Shown here: one piece after another, positions 14,988 to 27,968 of the stretch | Layout of the letters: each line of letters starts with the position of its first letter | How positions within the stretch are numbered: the first letter of the stretch is position 1 | Source: Ptychomitrium polyphyllum | Taxonomy: Eukaryota | Assembly: GCA_973851085.1 (NCBI GenBank) | Contig: OZ316776.1 | Location: 12,090,001 to 12,154,000, forward strand | Length of the DNA: 64,000 bases | Reading direction: 5' to 3' | The notes under the pieces: model-generated | Database searches by the model: none | Seen by the model: the letters and a program-made list of their open reading frames with translations, nothing else | What the model was told of the DNA's origin: nothing | Made by a program: the position numbers and the translations under genes

Positions 14988-15395
14988 TATTGAAATCACT
15001 AGAAATAGAGAAAAAAATTGCACAAGCATAGAACCACACAAAGTAGTACAAACAATGCTTAGAGTGAGATATTGCCTTCTCTCGAAAGCTTTTACTTATA
15101 CTACCACGTAGTGACGTCTCAAACACCTTTTAAGGTCCTTCCCAAATATCTTGCAAGTAGCTTTCCAAAGCCACTTGCAAGTTCCTTTATGCCAACTCAT
15201 ACAACCACTTATCCTTGCCTTCCCATGCAAGACATGTGGGTTGGTCCTACCACGTTGACCGTGTACCATATATGTACCTCTTAAGTGGCTTTCACCTCTC
15301 CCCCTTTTCTTCCCATTTTCTTTCCTTCTATATCTACCACAATACAATACTATTTATACCACTGTAAATATTACAAACAACTCTAATCTCCAACA
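14988..15395 (-). repeat. Copia 3' LTR (408 bp)
   Basis: Direct repeat of 20121-20528 with about 13 substitutions by manual count. Reads TGTTGG...TTCAATA on the element strand. Confidence 0.95.
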
Positions 15396-15417
15396 CTCCC
15401 ACTTTGCGAGTAGTTAC

Positions 15418-18400
15418 CTACTCGCAATCCCATTTCCTTTGAAACCGTTGATGTCGATCCTTCGCAAATGCCTTTGTCAACACGTCAACAACCATGTTTT
15501 CCGTTGGGCAATACTTCAAGCTTATTTCGCCGTTCTCCAACTTCTCGCAAATGAAGTAGTGTTGCACATTGATGTGCTTCGTGCGTGAATGGTGTGTGGG
15601 GTTCTTTGCAAGTGCAATGCATCCTTGGTTGTCGCACATGATGGTTGTGGCATCTTCTTGCACAAACCCTACATCCGCCAAAAGCTTTTGAAGCCAAATG
15701 GCCTCCTTGGTGCTTTGGCTAGTGGCCATGTACTCCGCCTTTGTTGTAGACAACGCAATTGTAGGTTGTTTCCTACAATTCCACAAGATCACACCAAATC
15801 CAATACAAAACACGTATCCGATTGTTGAACGACGCTCGTTTGCATCTTCGACCCAATCCGCATCGTAATACTCCCTCAAGACAAGCTCTTTACCACCAAG
15901 GCACAACTTGTAATCCATGGTACTTTGCAAGTACCGCATGATGTGCTTCACTGCACTCCAATGTGCCGGACCGGCCTTAGACATGAATTGGCTCACCATG
16001 CTCACCGCAAACGCAAGGTCAGTTCGTGTAGCCACCATGGAATACATCAATGAGCCAACACCAGACTTGTATGGCACGCCTTCCATCTCACCTTTGATGG
16101 TCTCAAACTCCTCCACCAAAAGCTTCAACAACTTGACATTCACATCAAGCGGTGTACCAATGGGCTTGCACTCTTCCATGTTGAAGCGCTTGAGCACTTC
16201 CTTGATGTATTTCCTTTGGCTCATGGTGATGGTGCGTGCCTTGCAATCCCTCTCAAATTCCACTCCCAAGCAATACATCAACTCTCCAAAATCACTCATT
16301 ATAAACTCCGCGTTGAGTTTGGCCTTGAGCCATGCCAACTTTGCCAAAAGGCTAGCCAAGATGATCAAGTCGTTTACATAGATGAGGACTATCAACAAGT
16401 ACTCACCCGTTTGCTTAATGTACAAGGAATGATCCGCTTCGCTCCTTGTGAAGCCCTCCTTGGTGAAGAAGGAATCAATCCGTTGGTACCATGCTCTTGG
16501 TGATTGCTTGAATCCATACAACAACTTCTTGAGCTTGCACACAAGATGCTCAAAGCCCTTCTCTTCAAATCCTTGCGGTTGATTCATGTAGATGTTCTCC
16601 TCCAACTTGCCATTCAAAAATGCGGTCTTCACATTCATTTGATGAATCTCCAAATCCAACGCCACTCCAAGTGCAAGGATGCACTGAATGGTGTTGAACT
16701 TGGCCACGGGAGCAAAAGACTCAAAGAAGTCGATTCCCGCAACTTGAAAAAATCCCTTGGCCACTGATTGTGCCTTGTGGCGTACTACTTCACCCAAAGC
16801 GTCTTTCTTCATACGAAAGACCCACATGCACCCAACGCTCTTACGACCTTTTGGAAGCGGAGCCAATTTCCACGTCTCATTTGCCATGAGTGAGTCATAC
16901 TCCTCTTGCATGGCCACCTCCCACTTGCTCGCATCTTCCGATCTCATTGCTTCGCCTACATTCAATGGATCGTCAAGAGTGGCCACATTAGCCCGCTCTT
17001 CTTCATGTTGTGGCAAGATGTGATTCTTCCACCACTCTCCAAGTAGACATCGTTCCCTCGTTAGATACCAAGGTTCTTGTCTAGATTCGACCTCTAGGCC
17101 TTCACTTCGTGTGGATGTTGGTGAAGGTGCTACATCATATTCGTCGTCCACCAACTCTTCCTTCTTGGTATCATCATCACTCTCGTGTGAGGGAGTTGGT
17201 TTGAAAGATTTGTCCACCAAAACCAACGAAGGCGTATCACTACTCCCACTTGGACTCATCTCCAAACCATAACTAATGCTAGTGCTATCCTCATCAAACA
17301 CTACATCATGACTCCTAATGATCTTCCGTGTTTCAACAAACATGAGGCAATATGCCTTGGTTCCCTCGCAATATCCAAGAAATAAACACTTGGTTCCTTT
17401 AGCATCAAGCTTATTTTTCTTTGCATCTGGCACCTTTGCAAATGCAATGCAACCAAATACGCGCATATGTGCAACGCATGGCTTGTAGCCATTCCAAGCC
17501 TCTTGTGGTGTAACGGTGACAAGCGCCCTTGTAGGACACCGATTACAAATGTATACCACATTGGACACTGCTTCCGCCCAAAACAAGAGCTTGAGGTGTT
17601 GAGCATGAATCATGCTTCTTGCCATCTCCACACTGGTGCAATTTTCACGCTCCGCCACTCCGTTTTGCTTTAGCGTGTAAAGTGTCAATGGTTGCATCTC
17701 AATGTCGTGGTTCTTCAAAAAGCATCAAAAGGCCTTGGATATGAATTTCCCACCATTGTTCGACCGGAACGCCTTGATCTTATGCTCTGATTGTGTCTCC
17801 GCAAGTGCCTTGAACTCCTTAAACTTCTCAAGGCACTCCCCCTTCGTCTTCAACGTGTACAACCACACCCTCCTCAAAAAGTCATCAATGAAGGTCACAA
17901 AGTACCTTGCACCACCAATGGAGGTGGTCCTCATCGGGCCACACACATCCGAATGCACAATCTCCAAAGGTTTTATAGCATGCGTGCCTCCATCCTTTGG
18001 AAATGGTGCTCTATGTTGTTTGCCTTGCACACACCCTTCACAAAACGGTATAGATGATTCATCTTTACCAAGGGTCATGCCGCTTACCATGCTTACAAGA
18101 AAACGCACACTTCTCACATTCAAATGACCAAGTTGGCGATGCTAAAGCTCCATCGCACCACTAGTTGTTGACGATTGTGCTATGTTAGCCGCATCCGCCT
18201 CATGCACCTTCGTAAAGGTGATTTGGTACAAGTTGTCTTGACGAGGGGCTACCGCAAGTACATCGCCATTTGGTGCCCTCAATGTGCACCCATGCACATT
18301 GAATTGCACCTTCAACCCACTTGACACAAGCTTGCTCACCGAGAGCAAGTTTTCTTGCAACTTGGGCACGTGGAGTACGTCCTTGATTGTGACCTTCTTT

Positions 18401-19410
18401 GAATGGCCTCTCACAAGGACTTCCACAACAATGGAACCTACTTCAATGGCGTCCACAACACTATCATCACCCAAATGCACGTTGCGTGGACTAATTACCT
18501 CATATGTGTCGAATGTCACCCTATGAGGTATCATGTGCTTTGTGGCGCCCAAATCCATGATCCACTTGGACGTGGACTTGGAATGAAGACCATCTTGAAT
18601 AGCAAAGGCGTAGTCATCATTCTCCTTTGCATGGTTGCCATTCTCCTTGTCTTTTGCTTGGTTTGCGTTGCCGCGCTCCCACTTCTTTGGTTTGGTGCAA
18701 TTTCGTGCAAAGTGGCCCCGCTTGCTACAATTGTAACACAACCTTGATTCTCCTCGTGAAGATGAACTGCCCCCCTTGGTTTGCTTTGAATACAAGGCCG
18801 CATCATCGCCATCGCTGCCCTTCTCCTTGCGCTTGTTCACTTCATGCATCATTCTTGCCGATACAAACTCCAAGGTGAGGTCCTTCAATCGTAACGTCTA
18901 CAAGGCAATGATTAAGTTCTCAAATGACGGCGGCAAACTCTCAAGCAACGTCATCACTACATCTTCCTCTCTCACGGGGACCTTGAAGGATGTGAGCTGA
19001 TCCGCAAGCTCCCTTACATGGTTGATGTGGTCCATCAAGTCATCATCTTCTTGCATCTTGATGGTGAAGAACTTGCAGCGAACAAAGAGGATGTTGGACA
19101 AGCTCTTTGTTTTGTGGATGTTGCACAATGCCTTCCATGCTTCCGCTGGTCCTTTGCAACTCTTGATGTGCGCAAGTTGAGCATTCACCAAACTCAATCC
19201 AATGAAAAACAAGGCCTTCTTTGCGCGGTGATTGTACTCCTTTATCACCTTTGGATCTTCATCACTTGCAGGAGGTTCCTCGGTCTCCTCTACGATATCC
19301 CAAAGGTCCATGGACGACAAGACCATCTCCATGCGGAACTTCCAAAGGCCAAAGTTTTCCCCATTGAACTTGTCAATGCTCCTAGCACTCTCACTCTCAA
19401 ATGTGGCCAT
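15418..19410 (-). pseudogene. Copia gag-pol polyprotein: one reading frame with 3 in-frame stops (18898-18900, 18142-18144, 17725-17727)
   Basis: The four ORF-track segments share a frame. Motifs: gag (KFNGENFGLWKFRM), Zn knuckle CYNCSKRGHFARNC, protease WIMDLGAT, integrase HSDVCGP...QNGVAER, RT with YVDD altered to YVND, RNaseH DADW. Confidence 0.93.
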
Positions 19411-19925
19411 GACAACATTTTAATGGACAAGATCAACCCCTCCAAGGTTTGATTGTGCACTAAGGTACCTCAATCACTCAACTTGAGCCTTTTCTAGGCT
19501 CCAACGTGCTTGCAAGCACCTACAATACTTACATCAGCCCCTACAAGGCTTTGATGTGCAAGTATTCATTCAAGTTTCTCAAATGAGTCTCTTCTAAGCT
19601 TAAATGATCAAAGGTACAATTCAAACACTCAAATCCACTCCTTCTAGATTCAAATGCATACCTTTGCACCTCATTCAATCAAATCAGCCCCTTCTTTGCT
19701 CATACATGCAAATATGAACTTGAACAACATCAAAGAGCTCCACCTAGACTCCAATGTGCATCTAAGCACATCATTCATTCAAATCAGCACCTTTGAAGAG
19801 CAATTGAACACATCCACTTGGATTGAACACTTACAAGGTCCAAATGCATTGATGTGCTCCACCTCTGCTCTTCCAAGTCCTTGTGCCTTCTCAAGCCGTC
19901 TCCAATTCTCCAATGCACCTCCATG

Positions 19926-20048
19926 GCTCCAAATTAGCCCTTGTGCTCACCAATACTCCAAATGAGCCTTTGTGCACCTCCAAAGCTCTAAAATCAGCCC
20001 TTGTGCACCTCCAAAGCTCCAAATCAGCCCTTGTACACCTTGAACTCT
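19926..20048. repeat. ~30-bp tandem repeat (about 4 imperfect copies) in the Copia 5' leader
   Basis: Recurring AAATCAGCCCTTGTGCACCTCCAAAGCTC-like units. Confidence 0.75.
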
Positions 20049-20120
20049 CAAAAGACCTACTCCAAACAACTTTGCAACAAAAACTCTACACTTGGAACTC
20101 ACATGAGTGGGTCCATAATC

Positions 20121-20528
20121 TATTGAAGTCACTAGAAGTAGAGAAGAATATTGCACAAGCATAGAACCACACAAAGTAGTACAAACAATGCTTAGAGTGA
20201 GATATTGCCTTCTCTCGAAAGCTTTTACTCATACTACCACGTAGTGACGTCTCAAACACCTTTTAAGGTCCTTCCCAAATATCTTGCAAGTAGCTTTCCA
20301 AAGCCACTTGCAAGTTCCTTTATGCCAACTCATACACCCACTTATCCTTGCCTTCCCATGCAAGACATGTGGGTTGGTCCTACCACGTTGACCGTGTACC
20401 ATATATGTACCTCTTAAGTGGCTTTCACCTCTCCCCCTTTTCTTCCCATTTTCTCTCCTTTTATATCTACCACAATACAATACTATTTACACCACCGTAA
20501 ATACTACGAACAATTCTAATCTCCAACA
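20121..20528 (-). repeat. Copia 5' LTR (408 bp)
   Basis: Direct repeat of 14988-15395, followed on the element strand by GATTATGGACCCAC (PBS-like). Confidence 0.95.
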
Positions 20529-23500
20529 TATCAAGCCTTCTTAATAAGAGGATATATGAGGGAAAGTATGGTAGAAGGAGGTGGAATTTGTAGTGGGATA
20601 CCAAATGGTACAACAATCAACCAATAGTAGTTGAAGGATGTGGAGAAGTAGAAAGATGATAAGTGGGACTGGTAGGACGTAGGAAGTGGTTTAGAGTACA
20701 ATGATGGTTAATTGTTGGTGGGATAGTATTAAGTGGAAGGAAGAAATATGGTGGAAAAGCAATGCATGGTAGAGTTTGGAGAAAGACCAGGTTGGATTCC
20801 ATGAAGGAAATAAATCAATGATGTGGTTTATAAAAGGTAGATTATTGATAATGGAAAAGTAATTAATTGTGGTAGGGCTATCAAAAGGCCCTTCCTAGGC
20901 AGGTGGATGTAAAAGATGCCCAATAACTATTGATATATTTTTAAAGAATTCATGTTAATTAAATGAATTGGGTGGTATTAAGTATAGAATACAAGAGATG
21001 GAAATTGGACTAAGACAAAACCATCATCTCTTTATGTCCATCTGTTCATAGTGGGATCATAGTGGGATTGACTAGGGTATTAAGTTGATAGACTTGTTGT
21101 TAGAAGAAGAATAAATCATACCAAAGGTCACAAGGAATATGGAGGAATGGTGGCTACTATGTGGATTTGATAGTTGAACACTATGGGGATGCTGAGAAGA
21201 GTGGGAATGGATGACGTTTTGTATCGTTTGAGAATGTTGGGTATTCAATAGGATATTCATCAATAATGGCCTAGGAAATGATGGATTGGTTATAGTAAGA
21301 AGCGGAAGGTCAAGAGAATATATGGTGTGGATTAGGATTGAATTGTTAAGTTTATCAAAAATTAATTCCAAGGGAAGTAGAAGTCCTTAGATACAAGTGC
21401 AATTGTGATTTATAGAGTCAAATGATTCTACATCAGAGAATGTTTTTAGATTATACTAAATTTGTACAATAGTAGACAATATCTGCAATAACAAAAATCA
21501 AAGCTTTAAATATTTTGTAGGAAAATAAAAACTACCAAGATTGAATTAAGGGATTTGTGATGAATACTCTAGATTTGGAATTTGTTTCCAAACTCCTATG
21601 GCGTAGAAACAATGATAAGGATCTTAAGATGTACGGAGGTGTTTGAGCTTAAGAACCTATTTAAAACACTACATATTTGTCAAATACTAAGGTCGGTAAC
21701 TCCCGAATAGAAAAGTATTGGTAATTCAAAACTTACAAGAGTTGAAAGTAGAAGAGTACTTGCAAGAATCTAATGATATACAAAGGAATATAACTCACTA
21801 AGCTATAGAAGAAATATTTTTTTAATAGTTTTGAAATAAAACTTGACTAATTATTTAAGATATATTACACCTTCAACCAAAAGAATTGAGTGTTTAAATA
21901 CTATGTTTCAAATCCTATACTTCTAGATCTATATTCATTTTCTAAACTAACAAATTAATAACTATCATCCAATAGATACCATTGGAAGATGTTTGCTAGT
22001 ACTGATGGAAAGAGATCAATTATCCTGTTATAAAAAGTTTGGTAGTACTGGGTATAAGATTTGGTAGGCTAGTAATAAAACTCTTCATTATAGAGTAAAC
22101 AAGTAACTAATATCATTAGTGATGGTACATAATTGCTAAAATGTTTCAACTTTAACATTGAATCAAACACAACTTGTTGAATACAAGCTTCACATGACCT
22201 TATTTTTTATAACATTTATAAATAATTCACAAGCTTTGGATTATTTTTTCTATATATGAATGAAACTTCAACATCAAAAGTTTAGCCATTAAATTTGCAC
22301 AAAAAACTCTTGGAAATCAAAAACAAAATCAAGATTGATTTTCCATATATGATGAAGGATTTTAATAATGAAGTAGGATCATTCAAATTTTTGTGCTACT
22401 ATTTACATGCTAGCCTTTGTTGTTCTTGATCTTCACATTCCAAGTTGTGTAGCAATATTTAAAGGCTATCTTTTTCCTAAAGATATTACATTTTCAATAA
22501 TCAAAGATGCATGTTTGCAATCGCTAATGGTAGTTTCCATAAAAAAATAAAAGTGCTCTCTTCAATAGATACTTGAGCAAAAGCCTTTTTTAATTCCTTT
22601 TCAATGTTTTTATACATTATTAAAGCCTTATTTGTGATGAGAGTAGATGAAAGAAAATATGTAATTGTTGACTCTAGATTGTTGTTACCATTAATTAGAA
22701 TTTAATAAAGAATCAGATGGATTGTTATTGCTTTCTACACTTGCTTCATGTAGAAACTCCAAATCTACATCCTCATGGCATTGTTGTTAAAAAAGTCTCT
22801 TATAAAGCTATCTTCCTCTAGTTTCACCGGATGGAACCTTTGTTGTTATCCTCAATTTTGAAGACAATAAAAATTCTAAAAGAAATCTTCATCTTTTTTT
22901 CCAATTTCACTTTAATTACACACCTACTTTCAATATTTCAAATTATAATAGCCAATTAATAATACCATTGTTTTCTGCCCTAATTTGGAAGTTGAAGTAA
23001 ATATTGCCATTAATAGTATTTTTTTGGAATGTATTTGGAAGTAACTCTTTTTTCATCTATTTCTATAACTTTCATCTATAACTTTTAGTTTTTTTTGTCA
23101 TATTGGCCAATCAAAAAAAACATCATCTTTTAACCTGTGCCACCATTAAAAATTAAAGTTAGAACAATACAATGACTACTAGTATAGAGCAAAAACCTAA
23201 TAGTTGAAAGTAATAACACTAAAATAAAATCTTCACTTTACATTTGCAAAGAATCCTTGCAAGTATGAACATTTGTACATCATGTTTTTAAATGCACTTT
23301 AATCACACCATAAAAAGAAAATCAATTTATATTAAAGATGATATGATTGATTCATACCATGGATATATTTGTAGATTTAAAGCAACTCATCTTTATAAAA
23401 AGGAATGTACATTATATAAATATCATAAATCTCTTTATAAAACCTTATCTTAATCAATTATTCTTGCCATTAATGTTTTATTAATAATATTCAACAAAAA

Positions 23501-26500
23501 TTATCAACCTTCCATTTATTGGTTGTAACAATCTTGAGAAAATATAATTCTATTTTAAAAACATGTTTGGATCTTATTTTCAAATTTTTTAGATTAAACA
23601 AGTCCAAATTTATTAATATTATTTCTACAATATTAAATTGTATATGAATCTTCAAATATATTTTAATAATCTTATGGTATATTTACATGACGTATATATT
23701 TTACACCAATTCATAAAATCTGCTCCATCATTTAATTTTTTAATTTTTATTAAAATTGAAATGAAACCACATGCTTTTACAAATTAGTTTACATCCATTC
23801 TTGATGTAATCTAATTACACTCTCTTGTACGTACCACATGTATAAATTATCTATATGTTTTCATGAAGTATTTGTCAAATATAGATATTCACTTTACATT
23901 CTTTGGATGCACATTTTGGTGATTGAACTTTAAAACCATTCAATTGAATACTCACTTCTATTCTATGATTTGTTAATTTTGTGAATACAATGTGTAATTT
24001 AGATAAACAACGTAAAGAAAATTCTTCATTTAATATAATTTTACAGATTTACTATTACTTCTTATATCAATTTTTATTTTTTTTAAATCATTAAATAAAT
24101 CTTATTTGTATTAAAATTTTAAAAATCAAATAACTTAGTTAACTATTAAATAAATTTTATCAAACACTTCTTCAAATCTCATTGATAGTCTAATTAAAAA
24201 AGAATGATTAGTCCATAATTGAAAAAACCAAGGAAATTGACAAGAATGAATAGATGTTTTATCTTTCCAAATTTTCAATAAACAACTGTCCATTGAGTTT
24301 GAACAATGTCTTTAACAAAAACCATTTGATTTCATATTTTTTAAGATTAAAAGTTATTATGCTTGTATTTCAAGATATTTTTACAAGTAATAATCATGAA
24401 GTTTGTCACGCACATAATACTTCTTAAAAAATAGTATCAAGTAAAAAACTAAATATTTTCTTTATACTCTATATAGCCACCATCTTTTCATATTTTAAAA
24501 CTTTCAAAAGAGTTCTTATTTCTCTTAGCCACTCCTTAGCTACATTTTGTTAAATAAGTTTTTAAATCAATCTTTATTTATACATGAATTTGACTATAAT
24601 CTATTAACTATATTTCATTTATATATCAATGAATAAATTATTTATTCATAAAATTCAATCTCATTACAAAATATTCTTCAAACTTTCAACAAGAAGGTAG
24701 CTTAGGTGATTTTTGAATTTCAATGTAGCTCAATAATACTAAAATTTATTTTATTAAATACTTTATAATTGCGTTAATATGTTTTTTGAATTATAAACTG
24801 TGATCATATTTGTATGTGGTATAAATCAAAATTATGAAATTGAAAAGAATTTAATTGTATTAAATATAAAGATTAGATTTTGAATAAAAATACGCTTCCA
24901 ATTTACATCAATTTTAATAAAGAATTTAGGTTTTTTTTCTCAATTTTTTTTTACATAATCAATGTTGTTGATAAAAAATTTCCATTTTGCAAAACCAAGG
25001 GATATTATCAATAAGTTAGTGTGAGCTTTTTATAAGTTTTTTCATATGAATCATAGAAGCTACATGGAATGCCACCAAGTTCATTTTTTTAATAAATCAA
25101 TATTTAATTTGGAACTCCCTATTATCTTTAATTTGGAATTCCCCATTACCTTTAATTTTGGCATGTAAATCTAGTTTTTTCTTATTTATAATTTATTTTG
25201 AACTTGTAAATGTATATTTTTAATTATACAGCATCCAAAACTTAATCATTTATAAATTTTGAACTCCTACAACTTAATTGCATCATAAATTACAAGTATT
25301 CAAAATAAAAACCTTTATTAAGGCAAGAGATCAGTTAATGAAAAATTTGAACCAAGTATATAAGGAAATTTTTATTTATACTCAAGTCAATATAACTTTC
25401 AAGAAATTAGTTAGTTAATGTCTTGTAGATATATTATGTATAAATTTTCTGTTCTACTTCACTCTCACTATTGATGGATGCATATGTATGTATATAAATA
25501 TATATAATCAATCAAGGCTCAATCAACATCCATCGTGCAAGGATGATGATCCACCATGAAAGAATGTCACATCAAGCGGGAAAGATTGAAAAATCATATG
25601 TTGTTATATTTTGAAAGCTTTTGGCATCTTTATGACATGTTATGTATATGTTAAAATTTTCTTATGAATTTAAATAAGTTTTTTTCCTTGTGTTAAAAAA
25701 CACAAAAATTTGTGTGTAATGTTTTAAAATATAAAATTTCTTTAATAAAAGTAAGAAAGATCCACAATTTTTTGGTCATTCAAACTTATACATTATGAAT
25801 AAAAAATAGTTCCAAAATAATAGAGGTTTTGAATTCTTTACTTCAAGTTTTCCAAAACACACATTCAATAAAATTTCCTTAATTAAAGGCAAGATAACAA
25901 TAATTGCACTTCATATTTTTTATTTCAATGCATTTCAAATTTACTCATTTATTAAAGAACCTCTAAAAATTAGAAATTTTACATTTGAGATATAAAATAG
26001 AATTCTATCTTATGAGAATATATAAATGACTAAAGATCTTTTTATAATGTTAAAATAATTCTACAATAGAAATACAATATAATACATTCATAAATAAAAA
26101 CTTATAAAGAATCTAGGTTTTTCATTTATATTTTCTTCAATTTTTCCTCACGACATGGTCCAAGACAATCATTTTGGTACTCTTTTGCAATTATAATGCC
26201 TAAAATCCAATTTAATAGATTTTTAGGTGGTATATCTACAAGTATTGGATGTTAAAGGATGTTTATAAGATGTGAAGTGCACAACTTGTCAAAATCAGAC
26301 TTAAATTAAAGGCCTTTCAAACCATCATATTGAGTTATTCAAGAGCAAAGTATGTTTATATATGTACAAACAATTGTTTGCAAACATCTTGAAAGACCAA
26401 AAGAATTCGTAACCAATCTAGCAATTTATTTCCAACTAACTGCTCATTTAAAAAGAATTAGTGATTTTAATATTGGTAAGAAAACCATGACAAAACTATC

Positions 26501-26628
26501 ATTTATGATCGATATTTCTCCACCCACAAAAATTCAGTTTGCCCACACTGCCACTCTACATATGCAAAAAGCTTGAGTTATCAGCTTTTGGATACTGTAG
26601 CATAAAGATGCTCCTACCTAGGAGAATT

Positions 26629-26664
26629 ACTGACAGTATCACTGACAGTATCACTGACAGTATC
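26629..26664. repeat. Perfect 12-bp x3 tandem repeat (ACTGACAGTATC)
   Basis: Seen directly; enclosed by an 11-bp inverted repeat at 26603-26613 / 26674-26684. Confidence 0.9.
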
Positions 26665-27904
26665 TTGGTTTCTGAGCATCTTTAAAACATTTCCTCGTCG
26701 TAAAATGCCTGCCACACGTGCCCCCATACTACAATTTTGTTTGAAATGGCAACTTGAAAGGTGCAAGTCTCTCTCTGGTCAACACTGAAGTAGCATCATT
26801 CATCACAGACCACTGCTTAGAAGCTTATGCTGATACACAAGTGGTTTCAAGATTCCCAGCAGATCCGGCTTGAAATGCAAGGAGGGTATTCAAAGGACAT
26901 ATAAAAATATCAAATGATTCACAAATGGGAATCCTCAAACTATTCTAAAGTAGGTCAGTGGGAGATAAGGGGAAGCAGACATCGAAGCCTAAAGAAAGTA
27001 TCTATGGGTGTTTTGTTTGGCATGCACTACCTCCACAGAGTTTAGCATGATGTCATGCACATATTGATTGTATGAAGGAGGACTTCTTCCCCATTACATT
27101 AGTTTGTCCTACAGTATACTTTGAGGACAAGTGGCTGCCCTAAAATCCCAATATTCAACTTTTGGATGTTATTAAATTGGTTGCATGTAAAGTAAGGCAC
27201 TTATCTGGTATAGTATGAGTCTTATGTCTGTTTTCTCCCTTTTAAATAGATGGTTTAATAATTTATGTGCTTCATTTGCATTCACCCTGCATCTTCCGCA
27301 GGAAATTTATGTCTGAGGATTTAGAAAATAAGAGTATTAACTCTCTAGTGCTCAGCTAACCACAATGCAATTACTTGGGCGTTGCAAATTCAACTGATGG
27401 AAAACCGATGATGAATTAAGATTCAAGTGGCGAAATTCATGTATGTGGAATCTTGTTACACAATTATTATTATTTTTAAAATATTTGATTTGGAATTATG
27501 TAACTACCAGAGCACACTTGTGAAAAATACAAACACAAGAAAATTCATTAATACATATGAATATAGTATTTATATTATATGCTTATTTTTACAATTAGAA
27601 TTTGACAATGGTATATTCTACAGCATTGCTACTTTATACTTGTTTTAAAATTGTTGAGCTTTAATTTATATAGATGTAGACAAAGCATTTGTAATTCCTT
27701 GTTTAACATTTGTAAAAAGTATATAAGCTTCAATTATTGCCAATTGAAAATCCATCAATATTTCCAAATAAATCATATCTTAGCATGCAAAATACCATTA
27801 AAAAGTAACTGAATTGTTTCAATGAGATTTTTTATTAAAAAACATAGATATCTAATTAAAATAAGAGATCTTTCAAAATCTTAGTTTTCATTATACTAAT
27901 AACA

Positions 27905-27928
27905 TATGTACGTGTGTATATATGTATG

Positions 27929-27959
<31 letters not shown>

Positions 27960-27968
27960 GTATGTATG
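27905..27968. repeat. Compound (TA)n/(TATG)n microsatellite
   Basis: Seen directly. Confidence 0.85.

Larger units (their letters stand above)
14988..20528 (-). mobile_element. Full-length but inactivated Ty1/Copia LTR retrotransposon
   Basis: Two 408-bp LTRs; TATCA TSD at 14983-14987 and 20529-20533; domain order gag-PR-INT-RT-RNaseH; PBS-like site at 20107-20120; purine-rich GCAAAGTGGGAG before the 3' LTR. Confidence 0.95.
7561..22114 (-). mobile_element. Old, heavily decayed Ty3/Gypsy LTR retrotransposon (non-chromovirus, Athila/Tat/Phygy-like), interrupted by the Copia element
   Basis: Minus-strand remnants in Gypsy order: gag (~14400-14950), protease (~13560-13850), RT (~12300-12850; VDFR, FLDGF, VMPFGFKNAP), RNaseH (~11750-12080; FKDYLLGKKFVFYIDY), integrase (~10950-11280; YILLAIDYATKWV). 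Diverged LTR pair at ~7561-7998 and ~21613-22114 (TTTTGAAACAAAAACTTGA vs TTTTGAAATAAAACTTGA). PPT-like AGAAAGAGGATAA next to the 3' LTR. No clean TSD found. Confidence 0.8.

Noticed and set aside
15072..15347. Duplicated small ORFs (also 20205-20480)
   Set aside because: They lie inside the two Copia LTRs and are not genes.
22200..25400. Long AT-rich stretch that may be a decayed minus-strand coding region
   Set aside because: No ORF of 60 aa or more and no recognisable motif series.
26629..26664. Short direct repeats here and at 19926-20048, 30429-30506 and 33082-33160 considered as CRISPR-like arrays
   Set aside because: No unique spacers, no cas genes and a eukaryotic context; these are plain tandem duplications.
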